A stretch of 63,390 nucleotides of DNA, counting the filler, from Sphacelaria rigidula (lineage: Eukaryota), in the NCBI GenBank assembly GCA_964200075.2. It is 11 parts of 11 records of this genome, joined end to end, with 100 filler letters (N's around TTAATTAATTAA, not from the genome) between each part and the next. Parts side by side here need not be neighbours in the genome. Positions count along the whole stretch, not along the records: positions 46,177 to 51,848 come from CAXNAA020025390.1; positions 51,949 to 57,619 come from CAXNAA020025391.1; positions 57,720 to 63,390 come from CAXNAA020025392.1; 8 more parts are not named here. One strand, given 5' to 3'. Both the position numbers and the translations under genes were made by a program. Positions within the stretch are counted from its first letter, which is position 1; the number at the start of each line of letters is the position of its first letter. The notes beneath the pieces were generated by a model. That model worked only from the letters and a program-made list of their open reading frames with translations. It was not told where the DNA came from and searched no databases. Positions 50,126 to 62,208 of the stretch are shown piece after piece.

Positions 50126-50820
50126 TGAAAACGGAGCGTTTTTGTTTTTAGGATTGTGAATCGGCTACGTTTTCCGAATATTTAAACATCGGTATATCGG
50201 CTGCGCCGATATACCAATTGAATCGCGATTCAATGAGCGCGGCGAGCACAGGCGGGCCGAGGCGCGAAGGCGCTCGAGGCTCGCCTGTTCGAGGCCCCCT
50301 CGCCCCCCCCCGCGGCTGGTGAGAGGGCCTCGCTGGAGGCGCACCGGAGGCAGAAAATTCGGGCCATTTGGCTTCATTTGCCTTCAAAATCCGTGCGAAA
50401 TCGAGGGTTGCTGGAACCGGAATGAAATTCACTACATGCAGAAAACATGGGAAAAAAACAGAAACAAAATACGTGAAAAAGAAAAGGTGTAGGCACGTGC
50501 TTCTACCTGTGCACCTAGGAACAGCCGGACAGCTGGCTACCAAAAGTAGTAGAGCTGACTGAGCGTCTAGCAGGCAACGAAACGAAACAACAACGTGCAA
50601 CGTCGGCACCACATTCCGCGCGTGTGCTCGCGTCAAAAACATTAAGCAGATAGGCAGCAGATAGACTTAGGATAGCAGGATGCTACTGTTACTAATGTTA
50701 CGTCCACATCTTCGCTCGCGCCTTACACCAATTGTTCACTGCCCAAATCAAAGCCGATCGTACGCGCGTAAGTCTCAATGCTGCCGGTTCTTAGGCTTTC
50801 CTCTTCTTCCCCCTCTCACT

Positions 50821-51411
50821 TCACTTCTCTACCTCAGGCAGGACAGTGCGAAGGAATACCATGAGCTCTACATGTTCGGGGTCGAGCCGAGAACGTGTCA
50901 GCTCTGTGATTTGACCCGCTGCCGAAAACACACGTTCCGACTGCACTTGGGACGCGGGAAGCCACCACACCGGGCGAGCCAGTGCGGCCAGCATGGGGTA
51001 TTCCCGCGCCTTAACACGCCACCACTGCAGTGGGTCCCCAAGAACCAGCTTGCCGTCCTTTTCATAGCTCGACATGTCTACCCCAGGTGTTGTCTTGAAA
51101 GCCTCCAACTCTCGGTGGACGATGCTCTCCAATTGACGTGCTGAATTCGAGGGTCCGGCCACGGCACCGCTCACATGCGCATGGGCTGCAGCTGCTGCTG
51201 CGGAACCACGGCGACGCGGACGGGAAGCGGAGTCAACGGCAATCGGAGAGCCGGATCCACCACCAACATCGGTTGGATCGCTCTCCGCGGTTTCGTTTGC
51301 CAGTCCAATCTCGAGAGCCGCGGCGACCACCGCATCCCACACCTCCGGATGCTCCGCTTCATCGATGCCGTATAGGCTCTTGCTCTGGGGGTGCATCGTG
51401 GTGGACAGCAC
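50821..51411 (-). CDS. hAT transposase C-terminal part with hATC dimerisation domain; probable element end near 50149 (taggattgtgaatcgg)
   Basis: DPLQWWRVKAREYPMLAALARPVWWLPASQVQSERVFSAAG..RSRLDPEHVELMVFL; 5' part cut by an insertion at ~51412. Confidence 0.92.
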   Translation of the reverse strand: MLSTTMHPQSKSLYGIDEAEHPEVWDAVVAAALEIGLANETAESDPTDVGGGSGSPIAVDSASRPRRRGSAAAAAAHAHVSGAVAGPSNSARQLESIVHRELEAFKTTPGVDMSSYEKDGKLVLGDPLQWWRVKAREYPMLAALARPVWWLPASQVQSERVFSAAGQITELTRSRLDPEHVELMVFLRTVLPEVEK

Positions 51412-51848
51412 TTAACAGCCGATTTTAAATTCTGGGGTCGATCTCTAAATTGGGGTTGAAGTGGCATTTCTCTCTTGCAGGGAAGACGCGAAACACTAGC
51501 GACCTAGCGAAGCCATCTTCCCCCCCAAATGTCCGCAGCAGTTGAGTAGCTGTGGCTAGGTGCATCTAACGAATGCGGGGGACACGCGTGTCGATGACGA
51601 TATCACCTGAGAGAGAAGCAACGACAGAGAGGAAGCTCCTCGCCCGCGTCCGTTGTGTGTCCCCGCTCTGCGATTACCAAACTCTCGAGAGACTGGCATC
51701 ATCGATCTTACCAGCATGTGCCAAATATTTCATATGCCAGAACATCGACGTGCGGAGAGATTCCGTCATCTCTTCTTGCCTGTCGCCAACGCGAAGATCG
51801 ACTTCTCTCTGCCTCTCCTTTTGGACAGGACGCGCCTCTGTGCGCTGA
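51412..51848. mobile_element. End of an unclassified element inserted in the hAT ORF; same end inverted at 51949-52013 on the next contig
   Basis: ttaacagccgatttt..gaagtggcatttctctcttg matches the rc of caagagagatatgccacttc..aaaatcggctgtt; 51580-51720 also matches the rc of 26290-26410. Confidence 0.6.
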
Positions 51849-52310
51849 NNNNNNNNNNNNNNNNNNNNNNNNNNNNNNNNNNNNNNNNNNNNTTAATTAA
51901 TTAANNNNNNNNNNNNNNNNNNNNNNNNNNNNNNNNNNNNNNNNNNNNCAAGAGAGATATGCCACTTCAGCCTCATATTTTGTATGAACCCCAAAAAATA
52001 AAATCGGCTGTTGAATCATATTATTTAGAGTCATCCTACCATAGGGGGGGGGGATTTCGGGTCACTTCTTGCACGAAATTCCAAGTTAAATCGTCAATGA
52101 AAGCAGCAACGAACGGTTGTTTGAACGAGCTTTCTACATATATATATATATATATAACGCTCATTCATAGTGCTTCGGATCGTTTTGAACCAAATACAAG
52201 CGCACTGCCAGTGTGTCAGATCGCCTGACATCCCTATGAGCCTCTTTTTCGTGCAATCAAATATGCCCCCCTATCCCTGTCGTAGGATGACTCATTATCA
52301 TTATTTTCAC

Positions 52311-52311
52311 T

Positions 52312-52349
<38 letters not shown>
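52311..52349 (+). repeat. (CAT)n microsatellite
   Basis: About 12 tandem CAT units. Confidence 0.95.
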
Positions 52350-52478
52350 TATTTTGATTTTTCTTACTGTCATCACCATTTTATTATTGTTGTCGATTGA
52401 TTGAGAGAGTTAATTGATGCTTTGATTGATTGTCGCACGTTAACTGGTTTAAAATCTTCGTTATTACATTTTCCTTTG

Positions 52479-52940
52479 TGTGAAAAGGTGATTCCTCGAC
52501 GGATACTTGTGGGAATTTTCCCCTTCTATGTGGAGGTTCCCACATCACTCCCCCTCTATGAGCGCCTCCTTCCGTTCTTTTAACGAGAAGAGGATTCTAG
52601 GAGCAACCTTTTTCGCCGGCTAACGGTGAGTATGTACACCTTTTTTCACATTCTTCTACGTGTGTTGGGTCCCCAAGCCCACAAAATCCACAGCAGACGT
52701 TCCCGTCGGTCTTTGAACTCAGCTTTGAAGTCATCCACCAGTTGTGTGCCCCCCCCTCATTTCTAACACTTTTTGTCCCGACTTTACTTCAAGTCGCTTC
52801 TTGGTGGGAGCCGAGAATCGAACCCGGGACCTTCGGCTTATGAAGCGTACGAGCTATATCATGGTGTCGCCAATGTGAAAAAGGTAATCCCTCGACGGAC
52901 ACTCGTGCGAATTTCCCCTTATCATGTGGTGATTCCCATA
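52479..52940 (-). mobile_element. TRIM-like miniature LTR retrotransposon: LTRs 52479-52544 and 52874-52940, PBS 52862-52872, PPT 52545-52558
   Basis: Two ~66-bp direct repeats tgtgaaaa(a)ggt..ttccca(c/t)a; minus strand reads LTR-t-TGGCGACACCA...agagggggagtga-LTR. Confidence 0.8.
52802..52856 (-). pseudogene. tRNA-derived 3' two-thirds (CAT anticodon loop, T arm, CCA) inside the TRIM
   Basis: tagctcgtacgcTTCATAAgccgaaggtcCCGGGTTCGATTCTCGGctcccacca; intact T stem and B box, no D arm or 5' acceptor strand. Confidence 0.75.
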
Positions 52941-53340
52941 AATATTATTATCATTTTATTGATAATATTATTCTTATTCTGTCATCATTGCCATCGTTAC
53001 CAGCATTGTTGATAAGATGAGTGTATTTTTTGCTAGTCTTCTCATTATTCCCATTCTATCGTCCATGTTCTTGTTATTATTATAGCCATTCTTCTCATTC
53101 TTTTTCACTTCTTTTTTTCATTCTTGCTATCATCATTCATATTCTTCACGCACATTAGCCCGATCTGTGCACCGTGATTGTTCAGGAATCCCCAACGACA
53201 GTGGCGCGGTGCAACCGTGGATAACTCACGGCAATGCTCATGTTTTCATCCTCTGTGGGGACGACCACGAGGGGCGAAGTCCAAGGCAAGGAGGAATGTT
53301 GTATTAATCTTGCCCCCATACATGCATTTAATATGTCATT

Positions 53341-56300
53341 TGTATTGAAGGCGTATACGCTAGAGTAGTCAGAGACCTACGGGGGTGGACTGCTGTCCTG
53401 ATGCCGAAGGAACTCCGAGGCTGGCCATGATTTCGTCTTGTATATGTAGGCAAGACGGGGGTCAGACGAGAAGTGGTCGCCATGGGCGACCAGGGCCTCG
53501 GGGGATGTTGGTCCGTCCTATATTAGGCTCTTCCTGACATCACCCCGAGTTGTCTAGTTACGTCGGCATTACAGCGTCCTCGGTGATCGTGTCCTTCCGG
53601 AACGTTCCTATCTTGTCCCTGCTTGCGCTGGGTCTGTATACATGTGTGTCATCAGTGTCTGATATGTCACTGCAAAGAAGTGTCTTCCACATCCCCCCCA
53701 TCCCTTTATGCGCCTCTAGCCCCTCAAGGCTATGGCTGGTGGGACGAGGCGATCATCAGCTTCGCTGGTGATATAACCGTGGGAATATCATGGAGTGACT
53801 ATCATTGATTGAGTCACGCCACCACTACTCGCAAAGGTAGCCCTTTTCTATACTGTGGTATTGAGCAAACATCCCCAGTAAATTTTAGCTACTTGTGGTC
53901 TGTAATAGTGCATGTATTGCAAACCCTTTTATTTTGGTTTTCGGTCATGTAGTTGTCATATGTGACATGTTTCCATCAGATGTTTGTGCACTTAGGTGCT
54001 GGTTGCATCTGCTGGTCTACATGACTGGGCACTGGGACACTGATCGGTCCACAGGTCCCTAGGTTATTCCTGCCCGGGTTCTGGGATGCCTTCGGTTCCG
54101 CGGACACCTGAGTAGGGTTAAGTCTCGGGTTAGTAACAAGGCGATGTTGCAGATACATGTATGTATTTTTTCTTCACCTGTGAGCATTGTGCTCTTTTGT
54201 CTAAACCCAGTCAAAATGACGTTTGCTTCTTGTATTGTGTCGAATAGATGCATCATGAGTGACACATGTTTTTTATATTATGGGATGCTTTTTGCACTTT
54301 GGTGCAGGCTGCATCAGTTAGGTATACCTGACTAGGCACTGTGACACGGACCTGGTCCACGGGCGCTTGAAGTATTTCTGCCCGGGTTCTGGGATATCTT
54401 CGGTTTCACTGACACCTGAGTATCGGGTAAAGTCTTCTCGTTAGTACCAAAGCGGTGGGTTTGATGTTTATCTTGCGAGCATTGTGCTCTTTGGTGAAAC
54501 ATCGACATGTTCCTTGCTTTGTATCATTTTGTGGCATGTACGTGTGTCCCATGTGATAATCCACAAGATGCGTTGCACTTTGGTGCTGGATGCATCTGCT
54601 GTTCCTACATGCCTGGGCACTGGGACACTGATCGGTCCACGTGCGCCTGGGTTTTTCATGTCCGGGTTCTGGGATACCTTCGGTTCCACTGACACCTGAA
54701 TAGTACAACGTCCTCGTGTTAGTAACAAAGCGGTGCATACGATGTTTTCGTCGTGTGAGCATTGTGCTTTCTTGTCTACCCATCGTCAAAATGATCAGCA
54801 CCACCCCGATTGCTAAGAGATTACTTCCTTGGGAAGTTGCACCTGTCACAGTTGACATGTCGGATATTTTTCCGTTCATGTCTGCATTGTTCTAACGTCG
54901 TTTTTGTTTTCTTCTCTTGTGATTCTCCTTGATCTCCGAATTTTGACCCCGGGCTACTGCTCAACCCTTGAACGCTTTGCTAGGACGCCCGAACAGTCTG
55001 TTGAACAATCACATCCGTTTCCGTTACCCGGTACATTTTGGATTTCGACTCCGGATGTGAGCGCTTTGCTAACACGTTGTCATGACGGTATATATCGAGG
55101 AGGTGTCTACTTTGTGTTGTTTCGTCAGCTCGATAGCTTAGGTCAACCGCTGGGCTGTAGCTTTTGAGTCTCACTAATCTCCGATTGTTTTTTGATCTCA
55201 GGTTACTGCTCAACCTTTGAGTGTTTTGCTAGGACGCTCAAACAGTCTGTTAAACAGTCACATCCGTTTCCGTTTCCTGTAGTTTTGGGTTCCGAGACTG
55301 GATGTGAGCGTTCAGCTACCCCTTTGTCAACGCCCGATGCCGGCACTGTTTCTCGCCGTTGATATTTCTTCAAATAAGCGAGATGTGCCGACGTTTCTCT
55401 AGAGTCGTCGCCTATTTTGATTATGTACCCAACTGGCGGTCGTCTCTCCGTGATCATGAAAGGTCCTCTCCATGGTAAATTGGAGTTTCGGGGCTCGGCC
55501 TTCCTGAGTCCTGTTGTGGTGGGTACACGAGTACCTTTTGGTCGGGTTTGAACACCGGGAAAGATTTGAATTGTTTGTTTCTTGCTCGTTCGCTCTTTCT
55601 CATGGGGCTTGTCTCGCAATTTCAAATCCAAACTGTAGATTTCCCCGTGTTTCCTCGGGAATTTCTTCGGGTGTTGCTGCTTGGCTCTTTAATTGAAACG
55701 CAGCTTTCCCGGGATGCCAAATGGAGTAAAGACTCTGTCAAAAAGAGTTTTTTGTGAGGTGGTCCACTGCGGACGGTACATATTTAGTACTCCAGCTTTT
55801 GACATTGAAGTTGTTTTTCATTCTGAGTTTGCCGGCGCTCTTTCGTATAGCCGTCCTCCCGTAACGTGTCCCATCGGCAAAGTTTGGCCGGTTGTGGACC
55901 GTTTTCCCGGCGTTGGCAACCCTGACATGGCGTGCGCATGTCCGGAATAACATGAAGTTTCTCCGTTCTTGTCTGTCATCATTATCATGAAGTTTTACCG
56001 GGGTTTACCTGTCGGCCCAACGGGTTAGCGTTTTGTACCACTTCCGTTTTATTCGTCGACTACATGCATGCTGTTCTTGAAGCAATGATGCGCGTGAATG
56101 CTTGAGGTACATAAGGCGATCAAGTGTCTTCATCGGTTATTTTGTGCGGCTCCACGACAGCTGTTGTGAGGTAACTTTTACCACTCGGTAGTTGACCGAT
56201 ATTTTTTTCCTTTCCAACTAGTACTGCCATTTTATGCCGGAACCGTCGGATTTTTTTTATGGGGGAACCATCCGCGTTTCTGAAATCGATGAGACCTGGC

Positions 56301-57619
56301 GGTACTGGTTTTGTATCATCGGCAGCCATGGTGGCCTGTTGTTCATCTATGAACTTCTGCTGTTATATGGTACATCTGCTGCGGAATTGATTGTGTTTAT
56401 TTCCAGCGAGGGTACCGTTTACTCTGGCTGCGACTCTAACGCGGGCTGGTGCACAGGATAGCCCCATGGGCGCATCTGTATACCTGGCGGGTGATGATGC
56501 GTTGTTACGAGTCATAACAGTGATCGTCTAAGATCGGGTTGCAAAGGGGAGACTGATGTTTCGATTTGGAATCAACAGCCCCTGCTTACAACGGGATGTA
56601 ACGTTACCGATCCCTTGGGGTACGGCGCAGAATGTAACATACTTGAGAGCTTCAACAAGTTGAGCTACATTGTTACATAATGGTCCTTCGTGGGGTGTAT
56701 TGTTTTTCCCACAGCTGCTCTGAAGGCTGCTTAGGGACCAATTCTCATCGTGCTCTCTCCAGCTTCTGCTCTTCGTATGTATTTTCACACCACAACTGAG
56801 GGCTATTTTGGTGCCCTTCTGGAAGAGTGAGTTATTGTACTGACTGGGAAACCCGTTTCTCTCCGATTTGTTTTTCAGCTGGCGGTTGACACTTTTTTCC
56901 ATTTCATGCGTACTGAGGTGTGGAATATTGAACTGCCTGTAGTTTGCAACTCATCTCAGCTTGCGAGCTGGGATGCTGTAAGACCATCCAATACACCTCC
57001 CTTGTTTTCGTTTGCTAAATGGTAGAGAATGACAAGGTCGTGCATTCGCAGGTTGGGTAAAGTTTTTGTTAGTGCTATTTCGAGTCTCCGCGTTTCCAGA
57101 GGTCGGCTTGCTTGATTAATTGCCGTGCCTCTAGCACTGTGTTGGTTCAAGGTTGGTTGACACGTGTGGCTTCGCTGTTTTGATAACCATCTTGGTGATA
57201 TCCTATTCACTCTGATGAAACTAATTTCGCGTTTTCGCTCTTTGAGTAGCCATATAGGCGACATATACTGCACCTTGAGGAGTCTAACTTCGCGCTCCGC
57301 TATTTGATTAGTCATGCTGGTGACATATAAATGCACACTGAGGGGTTAATTTTGCGTTGACCTAAACACATGACTCCAATAATCCCTCGACTCAAATAAA
57401 GTATGCACAAAAAACCCATACGTTTCACCTGGATTAGCGTTCCTTGGAGGACCCTAGTGCTTCCGGTGTCGGGGAGCAGTCGGTTCTCGTTCTAGTTTTT
57501 TACTCCCAAAGCCTGTCTTGCCTGAGTTCGGTTCTGGTGTCGCCAATGTAAGGAAGGCGTATCGCTAGAGTAGTCAGAGACCTACGGGGGGAGACTGCCG
57601 TCCTGATGACGAAGGAACT
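53341..57619 (-). mobile_element. Internally deleted, decayed Gypsy-like LTR retrotransposon: 3' LTR 53341-53691, PPT 53692-53706, PBS 57535-57545, 5' LTR from 57547 (truncated)
   Basis: gaaggcgtat..gctagagtagtcagagacctacggggg repeated at 53347 and 57553; TG..CA ends; PBS TGGCGACACCA; integrase GPY/F-like LPWRGPFMITER..GYII..AHLAYLKKY; no RT motifs seen. Confidence 0.85.
53987..54780. repeat. Three diverged ~290-bp tandem units in the 3' region of the LTR element, plus a ~110-bp direct repeat at 54955/55204
   Basis: tgcactt(a/t)ggtgc..ccgggttctgggat..cttcggtt..gacacctga starting at ~53987, ~54293 and ~54574. Confidence 0.85.
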
Positions 57620-59160
57620 NNNNNNNNNNNNNNNNNNNNNNNNNNNNNNNNNNNNNNNNNNNNTTAATTAATTAANNNNNNNNNNNNNNNNNNNNNNNNN
57701 NNNNNNNNNNNNNNNNNNNTTCGGCCCGAAGCCTACTGATCATCTTGCATTTGGAATGACAGCCTACAATGAGTTGCTTCATTTTCTGGTGTCGCCACTT
57801 CCAGAGACAGCCACGGGTTACACACTGCCTCGTGCGCGGCTCACCATTGAGGAGGGGGGGGCAAAACGGGAGGAAATTGGGCACAAAATGATGCCTTCCT
57901 GCGCGTGGTGGCGAGAACAGCGATGGTTGCAAATGAGCGCGACGTAAAGCTGGCTGACTCACTGCCGTGGACGTCTCCAGCTTTTTCGTCTTGCTCGAGA
58001 GGACCTGCCCCCGCTTCGACATCGCCCTGGCGGTTCGCACCTGCTCCACATACATATCTCTCAACGCCTGCGTTTCCATTTGATTCGGTGCGATTCGATC
58101 AGGGTTCGCGACATAGAAAGCGGGCCGCAACGACACGATAAGAAAAAACAATGTCTCATGTAACCACGGCTGGATCCCTGGGGGGTCAGTTAAAGTGTGA
58201 CGATCAATCAAAATCAAATCAAGTCAATCGATCAATGTCGTGATGAGCGGTGTGAGAGAGATGACGGAAGGGGAGGAAACACAAGAAAGTCAAAATCCAC
58301 ATTTCGCCACAACACACACGAGACAAGATATCCCCGTAACTTGACAGTCGACTTTCCCCAGGAGCGATACACAGAGAGGCCACGTGCACGTTCGCCACGC
58401 ACTTGTTATCGTCGTAGCGTGAGCGTGCCACGAGGAGGGCGATGGCGTGAGACCGGAGTGCAGGACGTTGTCCCCGATAGTGTGGACAAAACGTACAACC
58501 TCGATCCCTTGACCGCCAGGATGGGCGATCTGTCAAATGATCCTACCACAAAAGAGGCGTAATCATTTGTTGCTTGCCTTAGTCGCTTGACTATTGACCA
58601 TGCACCCCATGTGAGACCAAGCACTCCATGATACGACAGGGGGGGGCGTACTCATTTGTTGCTTGCCTTAGTCATTTGACCATTGACCACGCATCCCTTT
58701 CGAGACGGAGCACGTGACAGGGGGGGGGGGGGGGGGGGGGGGGGTTGGGTTACAGCGANNNNNNNNNNCTGCACTCGCAAGGCTAGGGGTGGGGTGAGGG
58801 AGGGGGGGGGGGGGGTGGGTGGGGCGGGGGGGCGGGGAGGGGATGTTTTCAGTTCACGAACAAATGGGTTCCTATAGTACGTGTGGTATATGACGACTTT
58901 ACAAACTCGCTGTGGGCTTGATTGTTGCTGAAACCGTTGCCGGGCGGTTTGAACTTGCGTGTTGAGTTGATACCAAGGTCACATAAAAAAACATTTGCTG
59001 AGTGCGACGCCACTTCAAAGTGAATCCTTCGTGCAAGGAGTCCTTTACCTCCACCCCCCCTTCCCCCCCCCCCGTCCCTCCCCTATCGTAATACCACCCA
59101 TGAAACCAACATGACCCGCCCTGACAGTCAAGGGGTTAATCAGCATGAATCATTTCTCAC

Positions 59161-59287
59161 TTGACCCTTTTGGAACCCTCTGAAGATTTTTGTTTTCGTG
59201 ATTCGGCATCATCTTGACTTGGAAAATGAATTAAAATGATGCCGATTCACGAAAACAGGACTCGTCGATGGGTTCCAAAAGGGTCAA
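59161..59287. mobile_element. 127-bp hairpin MITE
   Basis: ttgacccttttggaaccc..gttttcgtgattcggcatcat / atgatgccgattcacgaaaac..gggttccaaaagggtcaa. Confidence 0.8.
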
Positions 59288-60211
59288 CAGCACCAGTTCA
59301 ACCGCACGCTTGTAACGTATGCTCAAATTGTCGTTGATTGGCCATCTGTTGTAGTCGGCAAAACCGTACGTTTATTCAAAGCTCGTGCAAACACGACGGT
59401 GGAGTTGATCCTGTGGCCATTATCCAATTCAAGAATGGGAAGTTTGTATGACATTGGGAAGAATGTCGTGTACCTTTTCCTGAAAGAGAGAGAAAGAGGG
59501 AGAGAGAGAGAAAGACGGTTTTCCTCGTGAGAGCTGTCATATTCCACAATGGCAACGAACATCACCCTTACTCCGCTGTTTTCTCGACGCACTTCGTACG
59601 TGCGCGTATACAATGACTGACTGTCTACAACGTTAAACCAGCATCAACACCAGTGACGCTGCAGCTTCACCCAGCTAGGTCAACCTATTCCAGCGTGGGG
59701 CAAAATGGCGGGTTGTCGGCTTAGCATTCAGCGGGTTCAGCGGAGGATGTGTGTTCGGTTATCAAGCTCCGCTGAGACATATTGCTCGGCACAAACTCAA
59801 CAGAGGCACCGCGGACCCCGACATGCCGGTCGATTTTATGCGCACCTGCACGCCTTCAGGAGTCAACACATGCCCGTGAGACTGCATGGGAGAACAGCCA
59901 GATTGGCGACCTCTGCTCGCCAAGGCCACCTTGCGAAAAGTCACACCGGGACCGCAACGCAAGAGCGAGGAAACAGCGGTAAAACGAGACTCAATGTATT
60001 ATTTATTTTACTTCATTTATTTGTCGCACTTTGAACCCCTCCATTTCCTCGGGACGAATCCGTGGTCTCAAGGGATCAACCCATCTCTCCGCGGTAAAAG
60101 CGAAGCATTTTACTCCAGACAGAGCGTAACCAACCAAGCATACCACGCGATCCTTTCGGGGGCGGTATATATATATATATATATATGTAGGACCACGCCT
60201 CCCTAAATGCA

Positions 60212-61132
60212 TCATGAACGGACGGTTAACTGCACGGGGGCCCAAGGAGGCTGCCCCCCCCCCCCCTCCCCCTAAGCGATGGGAGGATTACCTCCAAGAG
60301 GACCTACGTGCACTAGGGGTTGTTTCGCACAAAGGATCACGACGGAAATGGTTCATCAACGGAGTAGAGGTTAACGATTTATACGATTGGGTCACTGCGG
60401 CGAAGAACATTGGCAGATGGCATATTTGAGTCGAAAAAGGAGCGGAAGAGTTTGACGACACATGGCGACGCGCGGGCAAACTAGAATCAGACCGCCGTCA
60501 CAAACGAGAAGCTGTTGTGTCGAGGGTCGCCAATCGAAGAATCCTGTCAGCTCATATCGGTTGTTGATTGTGACCTTAGTCGATGGCTCTGCGGTGTCCG
60601 CTGGTGTGTGTCTGTATCTACTCTGCTGTCCTGAATTCTTTGGGCTTCACCACTTCTGTAGTCTCCCTTCCTGTTCTCCCTTTTCCACATCTACCTCTAT
60701 ATATGTGTGTGTTTTTTCCTGCCGGTGTATGTCAGAGCAGTATGGTATCTCGCTTCTTTGTCTTTCTTCATGGATGAGAGGGTCCACACACTAACTAGAG
60801 CAGTTGTAGTAGATGAGCCGCAATATTTTCCTTTCCACGGCCTTTAGTTTTTTCACGCCTGGGTATGAGTGTGGTTTTGCGTAAGACCTTTTCCGCCGAA
60901 GCCATGTGGCAGAGACCAGCCATTTCTTTTCTTTTCTCTTCTTTTCCTTTTCATTCATTTCTTCTTCTACGTCCTTGTCTACCATGTTTTTCTGTTCTAC
61001 TTTTCCTGTTTTTTCTTTCTTCTTCAGCGAGTGTTTCAATTTTGTCTTGTCTCGGGTACGTCCACCATGTAACCACCGCTGGATCCCCGAGGGGGGTGGG
61101 GTCAGTCAAAGTGCCACAATCAATCAATCAAT
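60212..61132 (+). mobile_element. 5'-truncated RTE-like LINE (ORF2 C-terminus, 3' UTR, (AATC)n tail)
   Basis: GRLTARGPK..PKRWEDYLQEDLRALG..DWVTAAKNIGRWH matches the RTE C-terminal GRPxxxWxDxxxxDL..W pattern; tail aatcaatcaatc. Confidence 0.8.
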
Positions 61133-61521
61133 TAATATCAAAAGCCCATTTGGGACCCCAAAACTGCACCCAAGAGCACACATGTGTGGTAATACCTCAT
61201 GTCCCGGCCGCAGACGAAGGCCTACATGATACTTGGGCATAAACTTCAACTGATTCGAACAAACTGCGCAGGAGGCATAATACGTAGTTCGCTGCAACGA
61301 ACACCAAATTGCGGAATGAGGACATGGCGCAAAGCCCCACCGTTCTCAATATCTTCTCATTCCACCTCTACTGCAATTGTAACCTTATCTCCCTTCAAGC
61401 TCACCTGCGCAGACAGAACGAGCATCAGCGCAAGCACAGAATAATATACACAACTTCCATTCCCCTTGCAGTGTCACTGATGCGTTTGTCTATACTATTA
61501 CACATTCCTCCTATTTGTTGG

Positions 61522-61627
61522 GTGTTGTCGTACCATTTATTCTGGACGTCGGTATACAACATTTGGTATATGTGGGCGCACCAGCCGAGGTCACAGAGGA
61601 GGAAGGCCAACACAGGAGTTTTTTTCT
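61522..61627 (-). mobile_element. SINE 3' portion, reverse orientation
   Basis: gtgggcgcaccagccgaggtcacagaggaggaaggccaacacaggag is the rc of the SINE body. Confidence 0.8.
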
Positions 61628-61683
61628 TAGTTCAGTTCATTGGTAACGATGTCCCACATCCAATATAGCTGCTCTGGATATAT

Positions 61684-62208
61684 AGTAGTGGGCGGTCTAA
61701 CTATTCATTTTGTGGCATTTTGTGATTTTTTCGTAATCGACGATTTTCGTGGGCTCTTTTCGCTTGCCACCGCTCATCACAATAGGGATCTCAAAATATT
61801 TGTATCCGCTTCACATTCCAAGAAAAAAACATATTTACTTAGTATTGAGTGAGTTACGGGCTGACCGGTCATCGGGGGTCCCGCCACGTTTCAGCCCAGA
61901 TTCTTACTCCTCGGTATTTTCGGTCGATCGAGCCTGTCCCGATCATATTTCTGAAAAATGTACAGTTTTAGCTTTTCAAAATTTTACCTACTCATGGCAT
62001 TAGAGCCGAAAAAACACCCTCCTGATAAACGGGGTATTTACTCGTATAGCCCGATAGCACCAACTAACACTGACATGGGCACTGTGTTTCGAAGATGATC
62101 TATTGACTGTACCAAAATCTACCGACGCTAGCAATTTCGAGTTCCATCGAAGAGCAGTACGCAAGAAAACCCTCAAAACACCCCTGGAAAGTTAGACCGC
62201 CCACTACT
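61684..62208. mobile_element. ~525-bp MITE with perfect 19-bp TIRs
   Basis: agtagtgggcggtctaact / agttagaccgcccactact. Confidence 0.85.

Noticed and set aside
38666..51411. Joining the two hAT fragments into one transposase
   Set aside because: They lie on different contigs; no evidence of linkage
52170..52400. Poly-His ORF
   Set aside because: Translation of a (CAT)n microsatellite
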